In this document: positions 11,004 to 22,391 of the stretch, in pieces
Layout: the number at the start of each line of letters is the position of its first letter
Position numbering within the stretch: the stretch's first letter is position 1
Notes under the pieces: model-generated
The model's database searches: none
What the model saw: the letters and a program-made list of their open reading frames with translations, nothing else
What the model was told of the DNA's origin: nothing
Position numbers and translations under genes: made by a program
Assembly (NCBI GenBank): GCA_004431415.1
Contig: QPMI01000435.1
Location: 265,196-329,195, forward strand
DNA: 64,000 nucleotides
Source: Cyanophora paradoxa CCMP329
Taxonomy: Eukaryota > Plantae > Glaucophyta
Reading direction: 5' to 3'

Positions 11004-14000
11004 TCTCGTTGTACGATGGGAGCGCCGGGGCCGCGCCCAGGAGCGCGCTCGCCGCCCCGCTGACGCCGCCCCGCCCGCTGCAGGCCGCTGGCGACGTCGG
11101 GGCGCGGCGGGCGGCGACTCGGCAGCTTCGGCGGCCTCTCGCGTGGTGCGTCGGGGCCCGGGGATCGCGGAGCGGGGCCGGTGAGGGTGGGAGCCGCGTG
11201 CCTCTCGTTGTACGATGGGAGCGCCGGCGGCCGCGCCCCAGGAGCGCGCTCGCCGCCGCCGCTGACGCCGTCCCGCCCGCTGCAGGCCGCTGGCGACGAG
11301 AGCGAGAGGTGGGTGGCGACTCGGCAGCTTCGGCGGCCTCTCGCGTGGTGCGTCGGGGCCCGGGGATCGCGGAGCAGGGCCGGTGGGGGCGGGAGCCGCG
11401 CGCTTCTCGTTGTACGATGGGAGCGCCGGGGGCCGCGCCCCAGGAGCGCGCCGCCGCCGCCGCCGCTGACGCCGTCCCGCCCGCTGCAGGCCGCTGGCGA
11501 CGTCGGCGCGCGGCGGGCGGCGACTCGGCAGCTTCGGCGGCCTCTCGCGTGGTGCGTCGGGGCCCGGGGATCGCGGAGCAGGGACGGTGGGGGCGGGAGC
11601 CGCGCGCCTCTCGTTCTACGATGGGAGCGCCGGAGGCCGCGCCCCAGGAGCGCGCCCGCCGCCGCCGCTGACGCCGTCCCGCCCGCTGCAAGCCGCTGGC
11701 GACGAGAGCGAGCGGCGGGCGGCGACTCGGCAGCTTCGGCGGCCTCTCGCGTGGTGCGTCGGGGCCCGGGGATCGCAGAGCGGGGCCGGTGGGGGCGGGG
11801 GCCGCGAGCCTCTCGTTGTACGATGGGAGCGCCGGCGGCCGCGCCCCAGGAGCGCGCCCGCCGCCGCCGCTGACGCCGCTCCGCCCGCTGCAGGCCGCTG
11901 GCGAAGAGTGCGAGCGGCGGGCGGCGACTCGGCAGCTTCGGCGGCCTCTCGCGTGGTGCGTCGGGGCCCGGGGATCGCGGAGCGGGGCGGGTGAGGGTGG
12001 GAGCCGCGTGCTTCTCGTTGTACGATGGGAGCGCCGGCGGCCGCGCCCCAGGAGCGCGCTCGCCGCCGCCGCTGACGCCGCCCCGCCCGCTGCAGGCCGC
12101 TGGCGACGAGAGCGAGCGGCTGGCGGCGACTCGGCAGCTTCGGCGGCCTCTCGCGTAGTGCGTCGGGGCCCGGGGATCGCGGAGCGGGGCCGGTGAGGGC
12201 GGGGGCCGCGCGCCTCTCGTTGTACGATGGGAGCGCCGGGGGCCGCGCCCCAGGAGCGCGCCCGCCGCCGCCGCTGACGCTGCCCCGCCCGCTGCAGGCC
12301 GCTGGCGACGTCGGCGCGCGGCGGGCGGCGACTCGGCAGCTTCGGCGGCCTCTCGCGTAGTGCGTCGGGGCCCGGGGATCGCGGAGCGGGGCCGGTGAGG
12401 GTGGGAGCCGCGTGCTTCTCGTTCTGCGATGGGAGCGCCGGCGGCCGCGCCCCAGGAGCGCCCTCGCCGCCCCCGCTGACGCCGCTCCGCCCGCTGCAGG
12501 CCGCTGGCGACGAGAGCGAGCGGCGGGCGGCGACTCGGCAGCTTCGGCGGCCTCTCGCGTGGTTCGTCGGGGCCCGGGGATCGCGGAGCGGGGCCGGTGA
12601 GGGTGGGAGCCGCGCGCCTCTCGTTGTACGATGGGAGCGCCGGGGGCCGCGCCCCAGGAGCGCCCTCGCAGCCGCCGCTGACGCCGCTCCGCCCGCTGCA
12701 GGCCGCTGGCGACGAGAGCGAGCGGCTGGCGGCGACTTGGCAGCTTCGGCGGCCTCTCGCGTGGTGCGTCGGGGCCCGGTGATCGCGGAGCGGGGCCGGT
12801 GAGGGTGGGAGCCGCGTGCCTCTCGTTGTACGATGGGAGCGCCGGGGGCCGCGCCCCAGGAGCGCGCCCGCCGCCCCCGCTGACGCCGCCCCGCCCGCTG
12901 CAGGCCGCTGGCGACGTCGGCGCGCGGCGGGCGGCGACTCGGCAGCTTCGGCGGCCTCTCGCGTGGTGCGTCGGGGCCCGGGGATCGCGGAGCAGGGCCG
13001 GTGGGGGCGGGAGCCGCGTGCCTCTCGTTGTACGATGGGAGCGCCGGGGGCCGCGCCCCAGGAGCGCGCCCGCCGCCCCCGCTGACGCAGCCCTTGGCCT
13101 GCCCGCGGCAGGCCGCTGCCGACGTCGGCGCGCGGCGGGCGGCGACTCGGCAGCTTCGGCGGCCTCTCGCGTGGTGCGTCGGGGCCCGGGGATCGCGGAG
13201 CGGGGCCGGTGGGGGCGGGGCCGCGCGCCTCTCGTTGTATGATGGGAGCGCCGGCGGCCGCGCCCCAGGAGCGCGCTCGCCGCCGCCGCTGACGCCGCCC
13301 CGCCCGCTGCAGGCCGCTGGCGACGAGAGCGAGCGGCTGGCGGCGACTCGGCAGCTTCGGCGGCCTCTCGCGTAGTGCGTCGGGGCCCGGGGATCGCGGA
13401 GCGGGGCCGGTGAGGGCGGGGGCCGCGCGCCTCTCGTTGTACGATGGGAGCGCCGGGGGCCGCGCCCCAGGAGCGCGCCCGCCGCCGCCGCTGACGCTGC
13501 CCCGCCCGCTGCAGGCCGCTGGCGACGTCGGCGCGCGGCGGGCGGCGACTCGGCAGCTTCGGCGGCCTCTCGCGTAGTGCGTCGGGGCCCGGGGATCGCG
13601 GAGCGGGGCCGGTGAGGGTGGGAGCCGCGTGCCTCTCGTTCTGCGATGGGAGCGCCGGCGGCCGCGCCCCAGGAGCGCCCTCGCCGCCCCCGCTGACGCC
13701 GCTCCGCCCGCTGCAGGCCGCTGGCGACGAGAGCGAGCGGCGGGCGGCGACTCGGCAGCTTCGGCGGCCTCTCGCGTGGTTCGTCGGGGCCCGGGGATCG
13801 CGGAGCGGGGCCGGTGAGGGTGGGAGCCGCGCGCCTCTCGTTGTACGATGGGAGCGCCGGGGGCCGCGCCCCAGGAGCGCCCTCGCAGCCGCCGCTGACG
13901 CCGCTCCGCCCGCTGCAGGCCGCTGGCGACGAGAGCGAGCGGCGGGCGGCTACTTGGCAGCTTCGGCGGCCTCTCGCGTGGTGCGTCGGGGCCCGGTGAT

Positions 14001-14788
14001 CGCGGAGCGGGGCCGGTGAGGGTGGGAGCCGCGTGCCTCTCGTTGTACGATGGGAGCGCCGGGGGCCGCGCCCCAGGAGCGCGCCCGCCGCCCCCGCTGA
14101 CGCCGCCCCGCCCGCTGCAGGCCGCTGGCGACGTCGGCGCGCGGCGGGCGGCGACTCGGCAGCTTCGGCGGCCTCTCGCGTGGTGCGTCGGGGCCCGGGG
14201 ATCGCGGAGCAGGGCCGGTGGGGGCGGGAGCCGCGTGCCTCTCGTTGTACGATGGGAGCGCCGGGGCCGCGCCCCAGGAGCGCGCCCGCCGCCCCGCTGA
14301 CGCAGCCCTTGGCCTGCCCGCGGCAGGCCGCTGGCGACGTCGGCGCGCGGCGGGCGGCGACTCGGCAGCTTCGGCGGCCTCTCGCGTGGTGCGTCGGGGC
14401 CCGGGGATCGCGGAGCGGGGCCGGTGGGGGCGGGGGCCGCGCGCCTCTCGTTGTATGATGGGAGCGCCGGGGGCCGCGCCCCAGGAGCGCGCCCGCCGCC
14501 CCGCTGACGCAGCCCTTGGCCTGCCCGCAGCAGGCCGCTGCCGACGTCGGCGCGCGGCGGGCGGCGACTCGGCAGCTTCGGCGGCCTCTCGCGTGGTGCG
14601 TCGGGGCCCGGGGATTGCGGAGCGGGGCCGGTGAGGGCGGGGGCCGCGCGCCTCTCGTTGTACGATGGGAGCGCCGGGGGCCGCGCCCCAGGAGCGCGCC
14701 CGCCGCCGCCGCTGACGCCGCCCCGCCCGCTGCAGGCCGCTGGCGACGAGAGCGAGCGGCTGGCGGCGACTCGGCAGCTTCGGCGGCC
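11003..14788. repeat. ~202-bp GC-rich satellite array in left arm (about 19 copies)
   Basis: CTCTCGTTGTACGATGGGAGCGCC recurs about every 202 bp. Confidence 0.95.
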
Positions 14789-15048
14789 TGTCCCTTTCGT
14801 CATATACCTCCTCGTCGTCGCCGCGCCCTATACCCACATCCCCCCCCCCCCTCCCGGCCCCGACGCGAGCCTGCTTTCATAGCATCGGCAGAAACATTGT
14901 TCAATTATGTACAATCATGGAAATACACGCGCAGTAGTTTATTGAAGCCTTCTGCAGCTCTTCGAGGCGTCGCCCTCCCTCCCTACCCCGCCCCGGCCCG
15001 CCCGACGCCTCCCGCTCGCCGACCGCGTCCTCCCGCTCGCCGATCGTC

Positions 15049-16127
15049 ATTGAACGCTTATTAGCCTCGGGCGGCCCTTCTGCGGGAGCCAGCCTTACTG
15101 AAGCAGTGACTCCACTGAGCCCCTGCACCCCCCACCTGCGCCTTGGGCACCAGCGACGAGCCTGAGCCCCAGAGAGGCTATATGTGTGTCTAAATAACGA
15201 TTCTTTGTCATATATGATGATGCTCAAGCGTTGGAATAAAGTGGCAGACAAGAGCTCTCTTGCCAGCCCAGAATGACTACGCAATGTGTGTGGTAGAGTC
15301 TAGCATTCTGACCACCTCATGAGAGCACAGTTGTCTGCCACGTTTTCCAGGGAGCCCGCGGGCCGCTGTGGGCATCATATCCCATTATTGTTCATGTTAT
15401 TGAACGCTTATTAGCCTCGGGCGGCCCTTCTGCGGGAGCCAGCCTTACTGAGGCAGTGACTCCACTGAGCCCCTGAATCCCCCACCTGCGCCTTGGGCAC
15501 CAGCGACGGGCCTGAGCCCCAGAGAGGCTATATGTGTGTCTAAATAACGATTCTTTGTCATATATGATGATGCTCAAGCGTTGGAATAAAGTGGCAGACA
15601 AGAGCTCTCTTGCCAGCCCAGAATGACTAAGCAATGTGTGTGGTAGAGTCTAGCATTCTGACCACCTCATGAGAGCACAGTTGTCTGCCACGTTTTCCAG
15701 GGAGCCCGCGGGCCGCTGTGGGCATCATATCCCATTATTGTTCATGTTATTGAACGCTTATTAGCCTCGGGCGGCCCTTCTGCGGGAGCCAGCCTTACTG
15801 AGGCAGTGACTCCACTGAGCCCCTGCACCCCCCACCTGCGCCTTGGGCACCAGCGACGGGCCTGAGCCCCAGAGAGGCTATATGTGTGTCTAAATAACGA
15901 TTCTTTGTCATATATGATGATGCTCAAGCGTTGGAATAAAGTGGCAGACAAGAGCTCTCTTGCCAGCCCAGAATGACTAAGCAATGTGTGTGGTAGAGTC
16001 TAGCATTCTGACCACCTCATGAGAGCACAGTTGTCTGCCACGTTTTCCAGGGAGCCCGCGGGCCGCTGTGGGCATCATATCCCATTATTGTTCATGTTAT
16101 TGAACGCTTATTAGCCTCGGGCGGCCC
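15049..16127. repeat. 350-bp tandem repeat, 3 copies plus a partial, in the central loop of the Foldback element
   Basis: ATTGAACGCTTATTAGCCTCGGGCGGCCC at 15049, 15399, 15749 and 16099; copies nearly identical. Confidence 0.95.
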
Positions 16128-16599
16128 ACCGCCTCGAGGGCGGGCCGCCGCTGCACGTGGCCCAGTGGAGGCTGACGCTACGCTGGTGCGCCCCGCCGCT
16201 CGCGCCGCCCCGCCGACCCCCCTTCGAATTCCCCCCTCCTTGGGCACACATATGCATCAGCCTACAACGTTTTATTACGTCTCGCAAGCCTTCGAATCGC
16301 AAGCCTTCAGTCGCGCAAGGTGTGTTGGTTGGTGAGGTGGTGCGGAGCAGCAAGGCGTGCAGGGGCATCGATGGGCGGGGCGAGGCGGGGAGCCACGTGG
16401 ATGCCTGGGACGGGGCGCGGTTTGCGCGGCTCCCAGAACCGCGCGGGCGGGTCTGCATGCATGCCTCGAGCTCGAAGGGCGCGACGAGTTGGGCAGCGGC
16501 ATGAACTACAGCTTCGATTCCACCGAGAGCACAAAAAACCGCACTCCTACAGCATACAACGCACACCGCCTGGGGGTGCGGCGTACAGCGTACGTTGCA

Positions 16600-19042
16600 C
16601 AATGAGGGGCGCGCGGCCCCCGCCCCCACCGGCCCCGCTCCGCAATCCCCGGGCCCCGACGCACCACGCGAGAGGCCGCCGAAGCTGCCGTGTCGCCGCC
16701 CGCCGCGCGCCGACGTCGCCAGCGGCCTGCAGCGGGCGGGGCAGCGTCAGCGGCGGCGGCGAGCGCGCTCCTGGGGAGCGGCCTCGGCATCCCATCATAC
16801 AACGAGAGGCGCGCGGCCCCCGCCCCCACGGGTCCCGCTCCGCGATCCCCGGCCCCGACGCACCACGCGAGAGGCCGCCGAAGCTGCCAAGTCGCCGCCC
16901 GCCGCGCGCCGACGTCGCCAGCAGCCTGCAGCGGGCAGGCCTAGGGCTGCGTCAGCGGGGGCGGCGGGCGCGCTCCTGGGGCGCGGCCCCCGGCGCTCCC
17001 ATCGTACAACGAGAGGCGCGCGGCCCCGACCCCACCGGCCCCGCTCCGCGATCCCCGGGCCCCGACGCACCACGCGAGAGGCCGCCGAAGCTGCCGAGTC
17101 GCCGCCCGCCGCGCGCCGACGTCGCCAGCGGCCTGCAACGAGCGGGACGGCGTCAGCGGCGGCGGCGGCGGCGCGCTCCTGGAGCGCGGCCCCCGGCGCT
17201 CCCATCGTACAACGAGAGGCACGCGGCTCCCACCCCCACCGGCCCTGCTCCGCGATCCCCGGGCCCCGACGCACCACGCGAGAGGCCGCCGAAGCTGCCG
17301 AATCGCCGCCCGCCACTCGCCCGAGTCGCCAGCGGCCTGCAGCGGGCGGGGCGGCGTCAGCGGCGGCGGCGGGCGCGCTCCTGGGGAGCGGCCTCGGCAT
17401 CCCATCATACAACGAGAGGCGCGCGGCCCCCGCCCCCACGGGTCCCGCTCCGCGATCCCCGGGCCCCGACGCACCACGCGAGAGGCCGCCGAAGCTCCCA
17501 AGTCGCCGCCCGCCGCGCGCCGACGTCGCCAGCAGCCTGCAGCGGGCAGGCCTAGGGCTGCGTCAGCGGGGGCGGCGGGCGCGCTCCTGGGGCGCGGCCC
17601 CCGGCGCTCCCATCGTACAACGAGAGGCGCGCGGCCCCCGACCCCACCGGCCCCGCTCCGCGATCCCCGGGCCCCGACGCACCACGCGAGAGGCCGCCGA
17701 AGCTGCCGAGTCGCCGCCCGCCGCGCGCCGACGTCGCCAGCGGCCTGCAGCGAGCGGGACGGCGTCAGCGGCGGCGGCGGCGGCGCGCTCCTGGAGCGCG
17801 GCCCCCGGCGCTCCCATCGTACAACGAGAGGCGCGCGGCTCCCGCCCCACCGGCCCCGCTCCGCGATCCCCGGGCCCCGACGCACCACGCAAGAGGCCGC
17901 CGAAGCTGCCGAGTCGCCGCCCGCCAATCGCCCGCGTCGCCAGCGGCCTGCAGCGGGCGGGGCGGCGTCAGCGGGGCGGCGGGCGCGCTCCTGGGGCGCG
18001 GCCCCCGGCGCTCCCATCATACAACGAGAGGCGCGCGGCCCCCGCCCCCACCGGCCCCGCTCCGCGATCCCCGGGCCCCGACGCACCACGCGAGAGGCCG
18101 CCGAAGCTGCCGAATCGCCGCCCGCCACTCGCCCGAGTCGCCAGCGGCCTGCAGCGGGCGGGGCAGCGTCAGCGGCGGCGGCGAGCGCGCTCCTGGGGAG
18201 CGGCCTCGGCATCCCATCATACAACGAGAGGCGCGCGGCCCCCGCCCCCACGGGTCCCGCTCCGCGATCCCCGGGCCCCGACGCACCACGCGAGAGGCCG
18301 CCGAAGCTGCCAAGTCGCCGCCCGCCGCGCGCCGACGTCGCCAGCAGCCTGCAGCGGGCAGGCCTAGGGCTGCGTCAGCGGGGCGGCGGGCGCGCTCCTG
18401 GGGCGCGGCCCCCGGCGCTCCCATCGTACAACGAGAGGCGCGCGGCCCCGACCCCACCGGCCCCGCTCCGCGATCCCCGGGCCCCGACGCACCACGCGAG
18501 AGGCCGCCGAAGCTGCCGAGTCGCCGCCCGCCGCGCGCCGACGTCGCCAGCGGCCTGCAGCGAGCGGGACGGCGTCAGCGGCGGCGGCGGCGGCGCGCTC
18601 CTGGAGCGCGGCCCCCGGCGCTCCCATCGTACAACGAGAAGCGCGCGGCTCCCGCCCCCACCGGCCCTGCTCCGCGATCCCCGGGCCCCGACGCACCACG
18701 CGAGAGGCCGCCGAAGCTGCCGAGTCGCCGCCCGCCGCGCCCCGACGTCGCCAGCGGCCTGCAGCGGGCGGGGCGGCGTCAGCGGCGGCGGCGGGCGCGC
18801 TCCTGGGGCGCGGCCCCCGGCGCTCCCATCGTACAACGAGAGGCGCGCGGCCCCGCCCCCACGGGTCCCGCTCCGCGATCCCCGGGCCCCGACGCACCAC
18901 GCGAGAGGCCGCTGAAGCTGCCGAGTCGCCGCCCGCCGCGCCCCGACGTCGCCAGCGGCCTGCAGCGGGCAGGGCGGCGTCAGCGGGGGCGGCGAGCGCG
19001 CTCCTGGGGCGCGGCCCCCGGCGCTCCCATCGTACAACGAGA
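16600..19042. repeat. ~202-bp satellite array in right arm, inverted orientation (about 12 copies)
   Basis: GGCGCTCCCATCGTACAACGAGAG, the reverse complement of the left unit. Confidence 0.95.
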
Positions 19043-19995
19043 GGCGGAGCGGGGCGGCGGACCCCGCAGAGGCTAGCTCGGACCAAGCCCCGCGCGGCAC
19101 GCGGCGAGGGCGGCCAGAGCGGCACCTGCGGCGGGGCAGGGGCGCGATCAAATCGGGGGGTCGCCGGGGCAGCGGCGCAGGATCGAGGCGGAGCGGGGCC
19201 GCAGACCCCGCGGTGGATAGGTGGGAGCAAGCCCCGCGCGGCGCAGATGCGCGGGCGGCCGGAGCGGCACCTGCGGCGGGGCAGGGGCGCGATCAAATCG
19301 GGGGGTCGCCGGGGCAGCGGCGCAGGATCGAGGCGGAGCGGGGCGGCAGACCCCGTGGAGGCTAGCCGGGACCAAGCCGCGCGCGGCACGCGGCGAGGGC
19401 GGCCGGAGCGGCACCTGCGGCGGGGCAGGGGCGCGATCAAATCGGGGGGTCGCCGGGGCAGCGGCGCAGGATCGAGGCGGAGCGGGGCGGCGGACCAAGC
19501 GGTGGCTAGCTGGGACCAAGCCGCGCGCGGCGCAGATGCGCGGGCGGCCGGAGCGGCACCTGCGGCGGGGCAGGGGCGCGATCAAATCGGGGGGTCGCCG
19601 GGGCAGCGGCGCAGGATCGAGGCGGAGCGGGGCGGCGGACCAAGCGGTGGCTAGCTGGGACCAAGCCGCGCGCGGCGCAGATGCGCGGGCGGCCGGAGCG
19701 GCACCTGCGGCGGGGCAGGGGCGCGATCAAATCGGGGGGTCGCCGGGGCAGCGGCGCAGGATCGAGGCGGAGCGGGGCGGCGGACCCCGTGGTGGATAGG
19801 TGGGAGCAAGCCGCGCGCGGCACGCGGCGCGGGCGGCCGGAGCTGCACCTGCGGCGGGGCAGGGGCGGGATCAAATCGGGGGGTCGCCAGGGCGGCGGCG
19901 CAGGATCGAGGCGGAGCGGGGCGGCGGACCAAGCGGTGGCTAGCTGGGACCAAGCCGCGCGCGGCGCAGATGCGCGGGCGGCCGGAGCTGCACCT
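19043..19995. repeat. ~145-bp tandem repeat in right arm, inverted (about 6.5 copies)
   Basis: GATCAAATCGGGGGGTCGCC repeated six times. Confidence 0.9.
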
Positions 19996-21051
19996 GCGGC
20001 GAGCGCGGATCGCTTGCGCCGGCCCGGCGGCCGGGCGCGCGCGGCGTGCGGCCGCCGTACGCGGAAGAGAGGCCGCAGATCAGAGAGGAATGCCCATGCG
20101 GTCTCATTTCGCGTGCACGGAAGAGACGGGCTGCGGGCAGGAGCTGAGGAGGCGACCTGCAGATTGGAGCCGGCTGGCGAGCGGGGCGCTCCCGCCCGTC
20201 GGGGACGGCGCCGAGGCCTTCCGGCACAGCACGATGCGCACCCGTGGGCGCATTGGCGGTGCGCGGAGGCCGCGGGAAGCGACGCGACGCGAAGGACACG
20301 ATCGCTGCCGCGCGTCGGCGTTGGCGGGAACGGCGGGGAGGCGGCGGAGCGGGCTTTGACGTACCTCGATCGTTTCGGATGCTGCTGGCATGCCGAGGAC
20401 AGGCTGGGCACACGGTTCGCGGCTCGCGCGGCGCGCAGCGCCGCGCACGCGGGAGCTCGACTTCAGGCGCCACTTTGCGGATACGCCGTTTCGTCGCCCG
20501 CGAGCGATGCTACAGCTCTTTGGGCCCTTCGAAGCCACGATTTCGTGCCGACTGAGCAGCTGCGGCTGCTAGCAGCGAAGGTCCGCGGGCGGCCCGCGCG
20601 GCGCGGTACCCCTAGCAGGCACGCCGGCAGCCGGTCACGTGTCGCCGGGGCGCTCTATATATATCGAAAATTTAAAGACATTAAGCCTAAACTTTTATAT
20701 AAGAAACTGGAATTCGGAATTAAGGCTCCGAAAGCTTACGACATGATAAGATCCCATGACCTTAAGATGACGTCAAGTAAAGGCCGCTTCGACTCACATG
20801 CTCCTCCGTCACGTCCCGTATCTCTTCAGGATGCCTTTTCCATGTATAAGTCCCTTACCCCCCTAATAGCGGGTACATGTTCTCAAACCCAACCACCACT
20901 TCGGGGCCGGGGGAGCGCGACCCCTCTGTTATTTCGACTAAGGGAGGGCCAGATTTTATAACCTGTTAATTAACGGGCTGTTAATTTTGTGTAACACGGT
21001 ACTCCGATCCGACGACGTCCGACGGTCGACGTCGAAGTCTGGAACCGTACC

Positions 21052-21052
<1 letters not shown>

Positions 21053-21135
<83 letters not shown>
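21053..21135. repeat. (TA)n microsatellite
   Basis: About 40 perfect TA units. Confidence 0.99.
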
Positions 21136-21139
<4 letters not shown>

Positions 21140-21259
21140 CTTCAGAACCGCGGACACTTACTAAGTTAACTAACGCGGTACCAAATTAACGCGCCAAAAG
21201 TTTGTTGAAACGCGGTAATTTGGTGCCGCGGTAATTTGCTGGTGAGAAATCGCCCCATA

Positions 21260-21399
21260 CAGTACCCCCTGCAATTACTGCCCCATACAAGCCGCAAATT
21301 TTTAACCCCGCGTTAATTTGGTACCGCGGTATTTCGCTCAGAGGAGGGCCATTTTTGAAACCGCGTTAATTAACGACGCAGTAATTTAGTGCCCGACGG
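21260..21399. mobile_element. ~140-bp MITE-like element, possibly pogo/Tc1-mariner type; a relative is split by the Foldback insertion (~9490-9559 plus 20924-21000)
   Basis: TA-flanked, imperfect TIR C(A/C)GT.......AATTACTGC; related CGCGGTAATT/CGCGTTAATT sequences at about 3800-3900, 9150-9200 and 21170-21240. Confidence 0.5.
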
Positions 21400-22391
21400 T
21401 AGTACGTCCGACCGTCGGACGGTCGGAGTCGCGAACGGACTCGCGAGTCGATCGATATCCAATCATTTGAATGTTCACGATATCGAGATCGAGACTCGAC
21501 TCACTCGAGAGTGACTCCACTGACTCGTCAGTGACTCGCGAGCCTCGGAGTCGCGACTCATGGTCGAAAACTTAGCTTGAAAATCGCGAGTCTGATCTAC
21601 TGTAATTCGGATAATATTTAAGACCCCAAATTAGTAATCCCGGGGTTTGGTCGGTTTAGTTGGCTGAAAATAATACAGAGTTGGCCGCGCGGAGCGCTTT
21701 AGTAGCGGCCTTTAGAAGGGGGTGGGCGCGGCGCGCGCTAGGGGGTCTAGATCTGTTGGAGGGTCCGGGAGCCCCCTCGCACTACAGCTAGCTTCTTCCG
21801 CGCAGCAACCACGGCTGCGCTACGTACCCCCCCTCGCACCTCAGGTTTAGTATACGATAAAACTTTAGTAGTCGTGCCTCAAAACTTTGGTACTGTAATT
21901 ATAAAGACTTGCGGTATACTAAATGTTTCCTGTACGATAAAAACGTTGGTATATAATATTTTTCCCGACTTGCAGTATCATAGTATATCCAGAGTCGCGA
22001 GCTCGAGTGACCGTCGGACCCGGCAACATATATATTAATCGATATATTATAAATTATAATCGCCGGTCGTCCGGCGTCGCGCGCGGCCTGGCCGGGGCCG
22101 CCGGGCGGCCGCGCCGGGCGGCGGCCGCCGCGGGCGCCGGTGCCGTACTGCCACGGTCTAGTACTGGTATTATCAGTGGTGTATATAAGTGGGCCTTTGT
22201 GAAGCGTTGAGCTCTCGAGCTTGCCCCTTCGCTGTCAATGCATTGTTAACCCTCGGAGGTTGCATGAGTCACGCGTCGCGGAGGTTTGGGTGTTATATTG
22301 CGATCAGGTACACGCTGCACTAACAGGGGGGCTAGCACTAACCGACGCGGGGAGTAACAGCCGGTGTACCCCTCGGGGGGCCTCCCGGCCT

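Larger units (their letters stand above)
9560..20923. mobile_element. Non-autonomous Foldback-type (possibly Mutator-like) element, 11.4 kb, with very long modular inverted arms
   Basis: 9583-~10500 is the near-exact reverse complement of ~19990-20900; tandem arrays continue in mirror orientation; CTCTGTTATT is duplicated at 9550-9559 and 20924-20933, each 23 nt outside the matching arm start. Confidence 0.85.

Noticed and set aside
14901-15984. Three repeated 80-127 aa ORFs
   Set aside because: They arise from the 350-bp repeat, with non-ATG starts and no recognisable motifs
9868-20961. Very long ORFs (for example 10970-14803, 1277 aa; 16595-18367; 19681-20961)
   Set aside because: They are translations of GC-rich tandem repeats, open in several frames on both strands, with Arg/Pro/Ala low complexity and no domain motifs
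20987-21169. YI-repeat ORF
   Set aside because: Translation of the (TA)n microsatellite
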